DNA of 64,000 bases from NCBI GenBank assembly GCA_001915925.1, contig MNRL01000009.1:8319-72318 (forward strand). The letters run 5' to 3'. Position numbers and translations under genes: made by a program. Of this stretch, positions 9,404-18,687 are shown one piece after another. A model generated the notes under the pieces. That model was not told where the DNA came from and did no database searches. It worked only from the letters and a program-made list of their open reading frames with translations. Each line of letters starts with the position of its first letter. Positions within the stretch are counted from its first letter, which is position 1. This stretch comes from Clostridium sp. CAG:354_28_25. GTDB lineage: Bacteria; Bacillota; Clostridia; TANB77; CAG-508.

Positions 9404-11221
9404 TTAATTATTTGCTCTATCTTGCTCCTGTTGTTTTAATTTTAGGTAGCCAAGTTCTTCCCATCTGTTATATGCTAAATTTAATCTAAATAGCAATTTT
9501 GGCTTAGCACCGGCTCTGTTCTTATCTACAACACAAGCATAATATCTTACATCTGGGTCATCATATTTTATTAAGTCATAACATTTTTCATCCATTTCTT
9601 CTATTGAATATTCATAATCTTTATAATTTTCGTGATTGATTTGTTTTACCAAACATAATGTATCTAATACTTCTTTTACTGTTCTACTAGCTTGTAAGTC
9701 ATTGATTGTTAAATTGATTGGCCAAGTTGCTGTTTCTGTTAATTGTAATGTTGAAAAGATAAACATATTAAAATTTTGTGCTAAGTTAGAAAGAATAGTT
9801 GCAGTTTTCTTTACCTCTTCCCCATTTCCTATGTGTTCAGTATCTGTTTTTAATGTATCGTAGAATATATATTCAATATGTTTCATATAATAGTAATTCA
9901 TTATAACTTTTTGCAATTCATCATTAGTATGATCTGTTATGTTAATAAAATAAATTGAGTTATTAATTTCTTTATCTATCCAATCTGTAACAGCAATAGT
10001 GTCTCTAAATTCTTTAGAAATTTTAGCTAGCCTTTTTACAAAATCTGCTCTAGATTCTCCATCTTCTTGTAATATAAAACCATCCTCGTCAGTTTTTACA
10101 TCTGACCCCTCATCTGCTCTAAACTTAAATTCTAACAATTCTCCTTCGGTTTTATGTAATTTTTTACCATGAATTTTTTGAATTTCTGGATCATTTATAA
10201 TTGTTGTCATTAAACATAATTTCATTTTTTCTTCTGACATCTCGTTAGAGATTACCAAAACTCTTTTTTTATGAACTAATGATAAATTAGCTACTAGATT
10301 GATTGTAAATCTACTTTTTCCAGAGTTAGAAGGCATCGCAACAGCCATTGTTTCTCCTTTTCTTAAACCTTTAAACTCTTTTGATAAACGTTCAAATGGC
10401 AACGGAATTCCTGCAGTTAAGTTGTTTTCTCCTGTTTCTAAGAATTCTGTAAGTCCTTTATTTAATACTGCTCTTTTAAATTTTTCTGTAGCGGTAACTT
10501 GTTCTACAGCACTCTCTACTTCTTCTACTGACATTTTATCATATAATTCGTAATTTCTAATTTCAACTACTTTTTCTTGAACACTTTTGATTGGTATTTT
10601 TAAATACCAATTTCTTAAGATAAATAATTTTTTTAAATCTATATATACTTTTTCCATAGTAACTGTTCTTTGTAATTTTATACGTGTTACTAATTGTTTC
10701 TTTAATTCATATACTTCTCTAGTAGTTTTTGCAAAGTTAAATTTCCTTTTTACTGCTTCTGGTGCGTATTTTTCACCTTCTGTAAAGATAACACTTTTAT
10801 ATAAATTAAGCATTCTTTCATCTTGAAAGCATACTTCATCATATAAAAAATTATAGCTTACTATATATCTTGGGTCATAAAGTAATAAACCAATATAGTC
10901 TTCTTCTAAGTCTAAATCTTGTAATTCTTTTGGAAATCTTTCTACTTCATCTTCTTTAATTTGTTCAGCTTCGAATTCTTTCTTTTCTGCTTCTAAAGCA
11001 TCTTGTTCATCTTTTTCCTTTTGGGTTTGTCTTTTTTTTAATTCTTTTTTCTTATTTTGTATAGCTATATTTAATTCTTTTATACCATCAAGTGCTTTTT
11101 TTAAGTCATTTTTGCCAATTGCATCTTTTATTTCTTGAATTTTAGCAGCATTATCTTTTGTTACTGGTATATGATTTAGCAAGTCATATAATTGTGATAC
11201 ATTATTATCAATTGTTCCCAT
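9404..11221 (-). CDS. atypical DnaB-family helicase-like ATPase (605 aa)
   Basis: DnaB_N-like segment (EEDYIGLLLYDPRYI), RecA-type C-terminal domain with Walker A AMPSNSGKS and VLVISNEMS, an extra roughly 100-aa Lys/Glu-rich N-terminal coiled coil, and an insertion after Walker A. Confidence 0.65.
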   Translation of the reverse strand: MGTIDNNVSQLYDLLNHIPVTKDNAAKIQEIKDAIGKNDLKKALDGIKELNIAIQNKKKELKKRQTQKEKDEQDALEAEKKEFEAEQIKEDEVERFPKELQDLDLEEDYIGLLLYDPRYIVSYNFLYDEVCFQDERMLNLYKSVIFTEGEKYAPEAVKRKFNFAKTTREVYELKKQLVTRIKLQRTVTMEKVYIDLKKLFILRNWYLKIPIKSVQEKVVEIRNYELYDKMSVEEVESAVEQVTATEKFKRAVLNKGLTEFLETGENNLTAGIPLPFERLSKEFKGLRKGETMAVAMPSNSGKSRFTINLVANLSLVHKKRVLVISNEMSEEKMKLCLMTTIINDPEIQKIHGKKLHKTEGELLEFKFRADEGSDVKTDEDGFILQEDGESRADFVKRLAKISKEFRDTIAVTDWIDKEINNSIYFINITDHTNDELQKVIMNYYYMKHIEYIFYDTLKTDTEHIGNGEEVKKTATILSNLAQNFNMFIFSTLQLTETATWPINLTINDLQASRTVKEVLDTLCLVKQINHENYKDYEYSIEEMDEKCYDLIKYDDPDVRYYACVVDKNRAGAKPKLLFRLNLAYNRWEELGYLKLKQQEQDRANN

Positions 11222-11304
11222 TTCCTTACTCCCTTTTTAATAATTTTAATTTATTATACCAATAAAGAAAATTTTTTTAAAGGCTTTTTTATAAAATTCT
11301 ATTC

Positions 11305-11321
11305 GGGATTTAGGGACGTTC
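11305..11321 (+). repeat. GC-rich intergenic repeat family, copy R1 (half element gggatttagggacgttc)
   Basis: Shares AGGGATTT-N-GGGACGKTCC with R3-R7. Lies between the terminator of the 11354-11866 gene and the promoter of the DnaB-like gene. Confidence 0.7.
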
Positions 11322-11336
11322 ATTGTTTTTCATATA

Positions 11337-11363
11337 ATAGGAAAATGCGGGGATTACCCCCGC
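11337..11363 (-). terminator. GC-rich hairpin terminator overlapping the stop codon of the 11354-11866 gene
   Basis: gcgggg-gtaat-ccccgc on the minus strand, followed by ATTTTCC. Confidence 0.6.
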
Positions 11364-11866
11364 TTATTTCCTGGAAGATATTCAGAGATTTGTGCGTAAA
11401 ATCTGATTCTTTGTAAGACTTCTTCGTCTTCTTCAGAAACCAGTACAGTCTGCTCAATACCGAGTCTTTTCTCTTGCTTTTTAAGGTGTTTGAATTCCTC
11501 AATTGCCAAGACTAATGCTGGTACACCCACAAGTTCAGCATAATCCTTTAGCTTTTCCATCTCTACTTTTGTCTCTTTCAAGAAAAGCCTGGACATCTGC
11601 ACAATTTCCTGCAGTGATGGGCTGTTTAACAGAAATTCCTCCTTTGCTAGTTTTTTTAATTCTCGATGTAATAAATTAATGAAATTTCTGGGTTTACCAT
11701 ATCTAGAACGAATAACTCCAAATTCTTTTGGAAAATTATCGTCTTCCAAAATTTCAGATTCATGGACTTCTTTGTCCGTTGCATAAACTGCTTCCTGGCA
11801 AAATTCCTCAACCAGTTCAAGGTAATTCGTTAACAGTTCCCGACACAGTCCTTCTACCTCTGTCAT
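11354..11866 (-). CDS. hypothetical acidic protein (170 aa) in a raised-GC island
   Basis: Start set at MTEVEG, preceded by AAGGAGGA. TGgTATAAT extended -10 upstream. The sample 11401-11460 is 23/60 G+C. Confidence 0.55.
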   Translation of the reverse strand: MTEVEGLCRELLTNYLELVEEFCQEAVYATDKEVHESEILEDDNFPKEFGVIRSRYGKPRNFINLLHRELKKLAKEEFLLNSPSLQEIVQMSRLFLKETKVEMEKLKDYAELVGVPALVLAIEEFKHLKKQEKRLGIEQTVLVSEEDEEVLQRIRFYAQISEYLPGNKRG

Positions 11867-12035
11867 AATTTTTCCTCCTTGTTCAACAAATTCTTTTGTA
11901 TCACTCTTAATTATACCATAAAACATGGATTTTTACTAGGTTTACTGTAAAATCATTTTTGTCTTAAGCATTAATTTAAACCAAAAATAATTATAAATTA
12001 CAAAGAAGAAGCCTAAATAAGCTTCTTCTTTATTT

Positions 12036-12575
12036 TTACATATCAACTTTAATGTTCTCTCCCTCAATTTTTCTATCCTCTAATTCAAATAAATCTCCTT
12101 CTTTAAAATTAAATATTTTACCAATAATATTAGAAGGAAAAACGTTTAATTTTGTATTATATTTAGTAGTATCATTGTTATAAATTCTTCTTGCTGCTTG
12201 TAATTCACTTTCAACTTTTATAAGGCTCTTCTGCAATTTTAAAAACTGTTCACTAGTTTTTAGTTCTGGATAATTTTCTACTACTAATATTAAATTATTA
12301 TATTCTTCATTTAATTTATTTAATGCATCTTTATCTTTATGTTGATTATAAGCTGTTCTATATTCTGTTATTTTAGTTAAAACATCTTGCTCATAATTAG
12401 CATAACCTTTCGTTACCTCTACTAAATTTGGTATTAAATCAAATCTCTTTTTTAAATAAACATCTATAACACTATATGAGTTATTCATTTGTTTTTTTAG
12501 TGTTACAAATTTATTATATGTGATAATAACATATAATACTAAAATAACTAATATTATTATTAATGCTATTGTCAT
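12036..12575 (-). CDS. lemA: LemA family protein
   Basis: N-terminal TM segment, YNKFVTLK, KKRFDLIPNLVE and ARRIYNNDTTKYN motifs. Confidence 0.9.
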   Translation of the reverse strand: MTIALIIILVILVLYVIITYNKFVTLKKQMNNSYSVIDVYLKKRFDLIPNLVEVTKGYANYEQDVLTKITEYRTAYNQHKDKDALNKLNEEYNNLILVVENYPELKTSEQFLKLQKSLIKVESELQAARRIYNNDTTKYNTKLNVFPSNIIGKIFNFKEGDLFELEDRKIEGENIKVDM

Positions 12576-12699
12576 TATATTCCTCCCTTATTCCCTTGTT
12601 CATAATTATATTTAGTATAAAACTTTTTATAAAAATTGTCAAAAAATTTACATACTATATTAAATTATGATAGAATATCTTCAATAGGAGGAATTACAA

Positions 12700-13707
12700 A
12701 TGATATTTTTAGAGATTTTAGTTGTAGTAATGGTTGGTTTTTTAGTATACAAATTTATTTTAATGCCAAATTTTTCTACTAAAAAAGTAGATATAACCCA
12801 GACACCTAGAGAATTTGAAGAATTATATAACAAATTTAATGAACTTGATTTTTTAGATATCACTATTAGCAAAAAGAGGCTGATGTTATTTAGTATTATA
12901 GGTCTAATCTGTTTTATGGCATTCTTATTTACTTTTATTTTTACCTATTTAAATTCTTTTAATATGGCTTTTGCTATAATTCCATTAATTGCATTAGCTA
13001 TAACAGTAATATTATTTTTACTAGAATTTAAAAAATTTAAAGTAAAATATTCAGATGTTATAAAAAGATTTATCCAATTAATAGATCCTAACTTAACTTA
13101 CAATAACACATCATATGTAGACGAAGAAAATTATTATCAAACAGCTTGTTTTGATAATTTACAACTTAGTAGCTTAACAACAAAAGATACAATAAGTGGT
13201 GTAACTAAAGATAATTATAAGTTTTATGCTTCTAATATTTCAGCAACATCTACAGATGAAAATGTATTTAATGGAATTTTTTCTACAGTTATTTTGGATA
13301 AAACGATTCCTTCGTATACTAAAATAAATACCGAAAATTTAGAGTATAATACTACATATGCATTAGGAACAACTAATTCATTACTAAAATACATAGAAAT
13401 GGATAATGCAGATTTTAATAAGGTTTTACATGTATATTCAAATGACAGAATAAATGCAACAGAAATATTAACATCAGACATGTTAGATTATTTAGCAGAA
13501 TTTTATAATAAATATCATGTTAATTTTCAACTTGTATTTACAGGAAATTATGTGTATTCAAGATTTTATATTAATCAATTATTTACCCCATCTTTTATAG
13601 GTAATTTGTTTAATAAAAATAATTTTGCGTTATGCTATATTATAATAACATTCATTTTAGATGTAATAGATAAACTTTCAAACAATATGTCAAACTTTGA
13701 AGAATAA
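12700..13707 (+). CDS. membrane protein, probably DUF3137 family (a frequent LemA neighbour)
   Basis: N-terminal TM segment, two central TM segments and a roughly 200-aa C-terminal domain. Divergent from lemA. The family assignment is from memory of the LemA-DUF3137 pairing. Confidence 0.5.
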   Translation: MIFLEILVVVMVGFLVYKFILMPNFSTKKVDITQTPREFEELYNKFNELDFLDITISKKRLMLFSIIGLICFMAFLFTFIFTYLNSFNMAFAIIPLIALAITVILFLLEFKKFKVKYSDVIKRFIQLIDPNLTYNNTSYVDEENYYQTACFDNLQLSSLTTKDTISGVTKDNYKFYASNISATSTDENVFNGIFSTVILDKTIPSYTKINTENLEYNTTYALGTTNSLLKYIEMDNADFNKVLHVYSNDRINATEILTSDMLDYLAEFYNKYHVNFQLVFTGNYVYSRFYINQLFTPSFIGNLFNKNNFALCYIIITFILDVIDKLSNNMSNFEE

Positions 13708-13722
13708 CATAAGGAGGAACAA

Positions 13723-14706
13723 ATGATTTCACGTGATATGAACCCAGAATATTTAAATTCTTTTTTAGACTATTCTGTAACAATTTTAAATAAATCACCA
13801 AACACAATAAAAGAATATAATTATGACTTAGCAATGTTCTTGAAATTTATTATGGTTCATTTTCATCTTACAAATGCTAAAGATTTTAAAGATATTAATA
13901 TAAGCAATTTATCTCTTGATGTAATAAAAAAGATAGAATTAAATGATATACATGCATTTCTTGCATATTTAACAACTACATATCATAGTAAAGCCGCAAC
14001 CCGTGCAAGAAAAGTTAGTAGCATTAGAGTATTTTTTAATTATCTATCACAAAAAACTAATTTGATAGAAAAAAATCCTGCTCAAAACTTAGAAACACCA
14101 AAGATAGAAAAACGTATGCCCAAGTACTTAACTCTTGATGATAGTAAAAAGTTATTAACAGTTACAAGTGATGAAGAACGTAACAAAGAAAGAGATTATG
14201 CAATTATAACTTTATTTTTAAACTGTGGACTTCGTTTATCAGAATTAGTTGGGATAAATATTAATGATATTTCATTTGACGATGCTAAAATGACTGTAAT
14301 TGGTAAAGGTAATAAAGAAAGAACAATCTATTTAAACAAAGCTTGTTTAAAAGCAATTAATGACTATTTAGAAGTTAGACCTAAGATTGGCATAAAACCT
14401 GATTCAATTAAAGCACTGTTTTTAAGCGAGAGAAAAGAACGAATTAGTAAAAGAACAGTTCAATATGTAGTTGATAAAGAATTAAAACGTGCAGGTTTAG
14501 ACACAAAAAAATATTCTACTCATAAATTAAGACATACTGCTGCAACACTTATGTATCAGTACGGAAATGTTGATATAAGGGCTCTTCAAGAGCTTTTAGG
14601 ACATGAAAGTATTTCTACAACAGAAATTTATACTCATGTTGCTAATGAACAAGTTAGAAATGCAGTTGATGTAAATCCACTTTCCGATTATTCAACAGAT
14701 AAATAA
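13723..14706 (+). CDS. tyrosine recombinase, XerC/XerD family
   Basis: Core-binding N-terminal domain. Catalytic region LRLSEL...HKLRHTAATLMY...LGHESISTTEIYTHV. Confidence 0.9.
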   Translation: MISRDMNPEYLNSFLDYSVTILNKSPNTIKEYNYDLAMFLKFIMVHFHLTNAKDFKDINISNLSLDVIKKIELNDIHAFLAYLTTTYHSKAATRARKVSSIRVFFNYLSQKTNLIEKNPAQNLETPKIEKRMPKYLTLDDSKKLLTVTSDEERNKERDYAIITLFLNCGLRLSELVGININDISFDDAKMTVIGKGNKERTIYLNKACLKAINDYLEVRPKIGIKPDSIKALFLSERKERISKRTVQYVVDKELKRAGLDTKKYSTHKLRHTAATLMYQYGNVDIRALQELLGHESISTTEIYTHVANEQVRNAVDVNPLSDYSTDK

Positions 14707-14710
14707 AGCA

Positions 14711-14745
14711 AAAGACACTAATCAATGTTATGGTTAGTGTCTTTT
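14711..14745 (+). terminator. terminator after the recombinase gene
   Basis: 11-bp stem aaagacactaa / ttagtgtcttt with a T-rich 3' side. Confidence 0.6.
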
Positions 14746-14813
14746 AATGTGAAACTAGATCCTAACAGTGACATATTAATATTATATGACCATTCGAGCA
14801 TTATATAAATTGC

Positions 14814-15392
14814 TTAACCTATTACTGGTTGTAGTTGCTTGTTATCTAAAGCTTCTTTTATGGTAGGTATTAAATAATCAAATTTGAATACTAAAGATGT
14901 AGGTTTGGTAATAGGATTATCTTGTGTAAATGGCACGAAATAATAATTTTTCCTATTCAGTAATTTTCCTATGTTTTCAGCAGAACCTGAAAGTCCATCA
15001 TTTGTTGAAATACCTATTACCAGAGGTCGCTGATTGCGTAGATGAGATTTTATTGCCATAACAGCAGGCGTATCAATTATTGAATTTGCAAGTTTGGCGA
15101 TGGTATTGCCAGAACAAGGTGCTACAACCATAATATCAGTTAACCCTTTTGGACCTATAGGCTCTGCTCCCTGTATTGTATGAATAATTTTATTACCTGT
15201 TATATTTTCTATTTCATCTATAAATTCTTTAGCTTTTCCAAATTTAGTATCTAAATTATAGCTATTATAAGACATAATTGGTATTATATTAGCACCCAAG
15301 TCTTTAAGTTCTTTAATTTTAGGAATTACTTTTTTAAATGTACAAAATGAACCTGTCATTGTAAATCCTATATTTATATTTTCTAAATCCAT
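14814..15392 (-). CDS. dpaB: dipicolinate synthase subunit B
   Basis: Flavoprotein fold collinear with B. subtilis SpoVFB: GFTMTGSFCT, VAPCSGNTIAKLANSI, ISTNDGL, FVPFTQDNP. Confidence 0.9.
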   Translation of the reverse strand: MDLENINIGFTMTGSFCTFKKVIPKIKELKDLGANIIPIMSYNSYNLDTKFGKAKEFIDEIENITGNKIIHTIQGAEPIGPKGLTDIMVVAPCSGNTIAKLANSIIDTPAVMAIKSHLRNQRPLVIGISTNDGLSGSAENIGKLLNRKNYYFVPFTQDNPITKPTSLVFKFDYLIPTIKEALDNKQLQPVIG

Positions 15393-15511
15393 AAATTCCC
15401 TCCTTTCATATTATCTTTATATATAATATGAAATTATGTTAATTATGGTATGATAAATTTTATATAAAAACAACGAACGTAGTTTTACAATCAACTACGT
15501 TCTTCGTTCTG

Positions 15512-16264
15512 TTAGATAACACCTTTGAATGGGATGTCCTTTCCATAAAAAATCTTGTACAGATGTAGCAAGAGAAGCTGATATGGAGCCCAATCTCCGA
15601 CTATCTCTCTGAATGTATAGCCTGTAATGCAACCATTCTCCATAGGAATCAATTCCCGCCCGCCACGAGGACGCTTTTCTCTGGATAAGCTACATCCTTT
15701 CTCTCCTAACAGGATACATTGATTGTATCCATAATTTTTATCAATGGCCACCGGTTCGCCAACATTCCTAACCTTTAATATTAGGGAATTTTGTAACCCA
15801 GTATAAAAGCCATCTATAGGATATATTGATGTATATCCTTTGCAAAGATGCTTAAAGAGTGTCTCAAAACTTATTTCTGAGAAATCTTTAGGCGAATAGT
15901 AGCACCCTGTTCGCTTGCAACATTTCCCTCCGCATTTTTCGCAAAGCGCAGGATTGAACCTTGGCAGAGCGTCATAATATCCATTCTTTTTCTGGATATA
16001 TTCTACTAAATCGGAAAACAAATATAAATTTTCCGAGAAATCGGTTTGCCACAGAGCCATAACCAATTCTGCCTCTATAGTTTTCTCACCAGCCTCCAGC
16101 ATTCTGATTTGCTTTTTGTCCATTTCATCATACTGAATCGGTAACCAGACTGTATGAAAAGTATCAAAATTAAAACCTACAAATCCGATTTCTTTTGATT
16201 CATACAGCTGATTTATTTTTTTGAAGTTTACACTCCGAAGTTCCATAGGTGTTAAAAATTTCAT
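15512..16264 (-). CDS. YkgJ-type cysteine-cluster (CxxCxxCC) protein with a roughly 100-aa N-terminal extension, in a raised-GC island
   Basis: CEKCGGKCCKRTGC followed by CILLGEKGCSLSREKRP. Samples 15541-15660 are 50/120 G+C. Confidence 0.6.
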   Translation of the reverse strand: MKFLTPMELRSVNFKKINQLYESKEIGFVGFNFDTFHTVWLPIQYDEMDKKQIRMLEAGEKTIEAELVMALWQTDFSENLYLFSDLVEYIQKKNGYYDALPRFNPALCEKCGGKCCKRTGCYYSPKDFSEISFETLFKHLCKGYTSIYPIDGFYTGLQNSLILKVRNVGEPVAIDKNYGYNQCILLGEKGCSLSREKRPRGGRELIPMENGCITGYTFREIVGDWAPYQLLLLHLYKIFYGKDIPFKGVI

Positions 16265-16314
16265 TGTTTTTCTCCCTTCATTATTTAGAGTTATTTTTAC
16301 AATATATCTGGTGT

Positions 16315-16343
16315 ATTATATCATATTTTACGAATTATGTAAA
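16315..16343 (-). promoter_or_regulatory. near-consensus sigmaA promoter for the 15512-16264 gene (-35 TTTACA 16343-16338, 17-nt spacer, -10 TATAAT 16320-16315)
   Basis: Read directly on the minus strand: TTTACAtaattcgtaaaatatgaTATAAT. Confidence 0.6.
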
Positions 16344-16349
16344 TAAAAT

Positions 16350-16376
16350 GAACTTTAAGGACCGTCCCTAAAGTTC
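16350..16376. repeat. GC-rich intergenic repeat family, copy R2 (gaactttaaggaccgtccctaaagttc). It probably also serves as the pta-ackA terminator.
   Basis: Near-perfect palindrome 9 nt after the ackA stop, followed by ATTTTATTT on the minus strand. 24/27 identical to R8. Confidence 0.8.
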
Positions 16377-16384
16377 AAAATTAA

Positions 16385-17575
16385 TTATTTTATTAATTCT
16401 AGAGTTTGTTTTGCTATCATTAGTTCTTCATCTGTTGGAACTACATATACTTTAATTTTAGAGTTATCAGAAGAAATTAATCTTTCTTCACCTTTTACAT
16501 CATTTCTTTCATCATCTATCTCTACACCCAAGAATTTTAAATTTTCGCAAATTCCTTTTCTAATATTCTTTTGGTTTTCTCCGATTCCTGCAGTAAATAG
16601 CATAACATCAAATCCATTCATTGCAACAGCACATTTAGCTATTTGTGCAGCAATTAAATAATTGTGTATTTTTATTGCAAGTGCGGCTTGTTCATTTCCT
16701 TCTGCTGCTGCAGCTTCCATATCTCTACAGTCTTGTGTAACTCCTGATAATGCTAAAATACCAGATTCTTTATTTAATATACGTTCCATTTCATCTGGTG
16801 TTAAGCCTTCTTTTTTCATTATAAATGTAACTACAGATGGGTCAATATCACCAGAACGTGTACCCATTGGGATGCCAGCAAGTGGTGTAAGTCCCATACT
16901 TGTTTCTACAGATTTACCACCTTGAACTGCACATATACTTCCACCTTGACCTAAATGGCAAGATATTATTCTTAAATCTTCTATTGGTTTTCCTTCTAAT
17001 TCAGCTACACGATTAGCTACATATTGATGAGATGTACCATGGAAACCATATTTTCTAACTCCATATTCATTATAATATTTATATGGAATTGGATAAATAT
17101 AATGTTCTTTTGGCATTGTTTGATGAAATGCTGTATCAAATACAGCAACCATTGGCTTATTAGGAATTAATTTTTGTGCAGCTTTAATTCCCATTACTGC
17201 TGCTGGATTATGAAGTGGTGCTAAGCTTGCACATTCTTCTATAGTACTTATAACTTCTTCATTAATAATTACAGGTTTATTAAACTTTTCACCACCATGA
17301 ACAACTCTATGTCCTGTAGCATTTATTTCTTCTAGTGAATCAATTACTTTGTATTCTGGATTTAATAATTGTTCTAGTGAAAATTCTAATGCTTCTTCAT
17401 GATTTTGTACTGGTTTTTCTAATTTATATTTTTCTCCATTTACTTTATGTGTTAAAAATGAGTTTGGTTGACCTATTCTTTCAAAAGTTCCTTTTGCCAT
17501 TACTTTTTCTGAAGCCATATCTATTAATTGATATTTTAATGATGAGCTTCCACAATTAATTACTAAAATTTTCAT
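16385..17575 (-). CDS. ackA: acetate kinase
   Basis: ILVINCGSSSLKYQL, HRVVHGG, GFHGTSH, PTDEELMIA. Confidence 0.97.
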   Translation of the reverse strand: MKILVINCGSSSLKYQLIDMASEKVMAKGTFERIGQPNSFLTHKVNGEKYKLEKPVQNHEEALEFSLEQLLNPEYKVIDSLEEINATGHRVVHGGEKFNKPVIINEEVISTIEECASLAPLHNPAAVMGIKAAQKLIPNKPMVAVFDTAFHQTMPKEHYIYPIPYKYYNEYGVRKYGFHGTSHQYVANRVAELEGKPIEDLRIISCHLGQGGSICAVQGGKSVETSMGLTPLAGIPMGTRSGDIDPSVVTFIMKKEGLTPDEMERILNKESGILALSGVTQDCRDMEAAAAEGNEQAALAIKIHNYLIAAQIAKCAVAMNGFDVMLFTAGIGENQKNIRKGICENLKFLGVEIDDERNDVKGEERLISSDNSKIKVYVVPTDEELMIAKQTLELIK

Positions 17576-17593
17576 AAAAAACCTCCAATAAAT

Positions 17594-18601
17594 TTATTTA
17601 TCCTGTTCTTGTGCTTGTACAGCAGTAATTGCTACAACTCCTTCTATGTCTTTACTGCTACAACCTCTTGATAAATCATTAACTGGTTTTGCAATACCTT
17701 GACATAGTGGACCATATGCTTCTGCTTTTGCAAGCCTTTGAACTAGTTTATAACCTATATTTCCAGCATTTAAGTCTGGGAAAATTAAAATATTTGCTTC
17801 ACCTTTTAAATGACTTCCTTTAGCTTTATATTCTGCAACCTCTGGAATTATTGCAGCATCTAATTGTAATTCTCCATCTACTAATAAATCTGGAGCTTTT
17901 TCTTTTACTAAATTTGTTGCTTTTATTACTTTTTCTGTTAATTCAGATTTTGCACTACCATGTGAAGAATATGAAAGCATTGCTATTTTAGGAGTTTTAC
18001 CTGTTAATAGCTCAAAACTTTTACTAGATGATATTGCTATTTCAGATAAAGCATCACTATCTGGATTTTCATTTAAGCCACTATCTGAAAATAGAAATAC
18101 ACCATTTTCTCCATATGTACAATTAGGCACAATCATCATAAAAAAAGCAGATACTAATTTAGTGCCAGGTGCTGTTTTTAATATTTGAAGTGCTGGTCTT
18201 AAAGTATCTGATGTAGAATGAACAGCTCCAGAAACTAATCCATCTGCATAACCTTGTTTAACCATCATCATTCCAAAATATATATTGTCTAACATAAATT
18301 CTTTTGCTTTTTCTATTGTCATTCCTTTATGTTTTCTTAATTCATAAAATTGTTCTACAAATTCATTATAATTTTCAGAGTTATTAGGATCTACAATTTC
18401 AGCTTCTTCTATGTTATCTAGACTAAGTTCTTTTGCTCTTTCTAATATTTTATTTCTATTTCCTATTAATATTATTTCTGCAAATTTTTGTTTTAATACT
18501 TCTGATGTAGCTTTTAATGTTCTATCATCATCTGACTCTGGAAGTACTATCTTTTTTATATCTTTTTTTGCTCTATTTTTAATTTCATCTATAAAAGCCA
18601 T
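17594..18601 (-). CDS. pta: phosphate acetyltransferase
   Basis: PTA_PTB fold, 335 aa: GLVSGAVHSTSDTLRPAL and DLSRGCS. Immediately upstream of ackA. Confidence 0.97.
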   Translation of the reverse strand: MAFIDEIKNRAKKDIKKIVLPESDDDRTLKATSEVLKQKFAEIILIGNRNKILERAKELSLDNIEEAEIVDPNNSENYNEFVEQFYELRKHKGMTIEKAKEFMLDNIYFGMMMVKQGYADGLVSGAVHSTSDTLRPALQILKTAPGTKLVSAFFMMIVPNCTYGENGVFLFSDSGLNENPDSDALSEIAISSSKSFELLTGKTPKIAMLSYSSHGSAKSELTEKVIKATNLVKEKAPDLLVDGELQLDAAIIPEVAEYKAKGSHLKGEANILIFPDLNAGNIGYKLVQRLAKAEAYGPLCQGIAKPVNDLSRGCSSKDIEGVVAITAVQAQEQDK

Positions 18602-18687
18602 CTTAATCCTCCTTTTAGTTTTGTTGGCTAAAATTTCTGCCTATTCAATTATATATTAGTATTTTTTTATTGGCAAGCTTAATTAAA

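Noticed and set aside
13723-14706. The tyrosine recombinase as the integrase of an integrated mobile element.
   Set aside because: There are no flanking direct repeats, no excisionase, phage or conjugation genes, and no compositional shift. The neighbours (lemA, a DUF3137-like gene, dpaB) are ordinary chromosomal genes. A chromosomal XerC/XerD-type recombinase is the simpler reading, although this cannot be proven without phylogeny.
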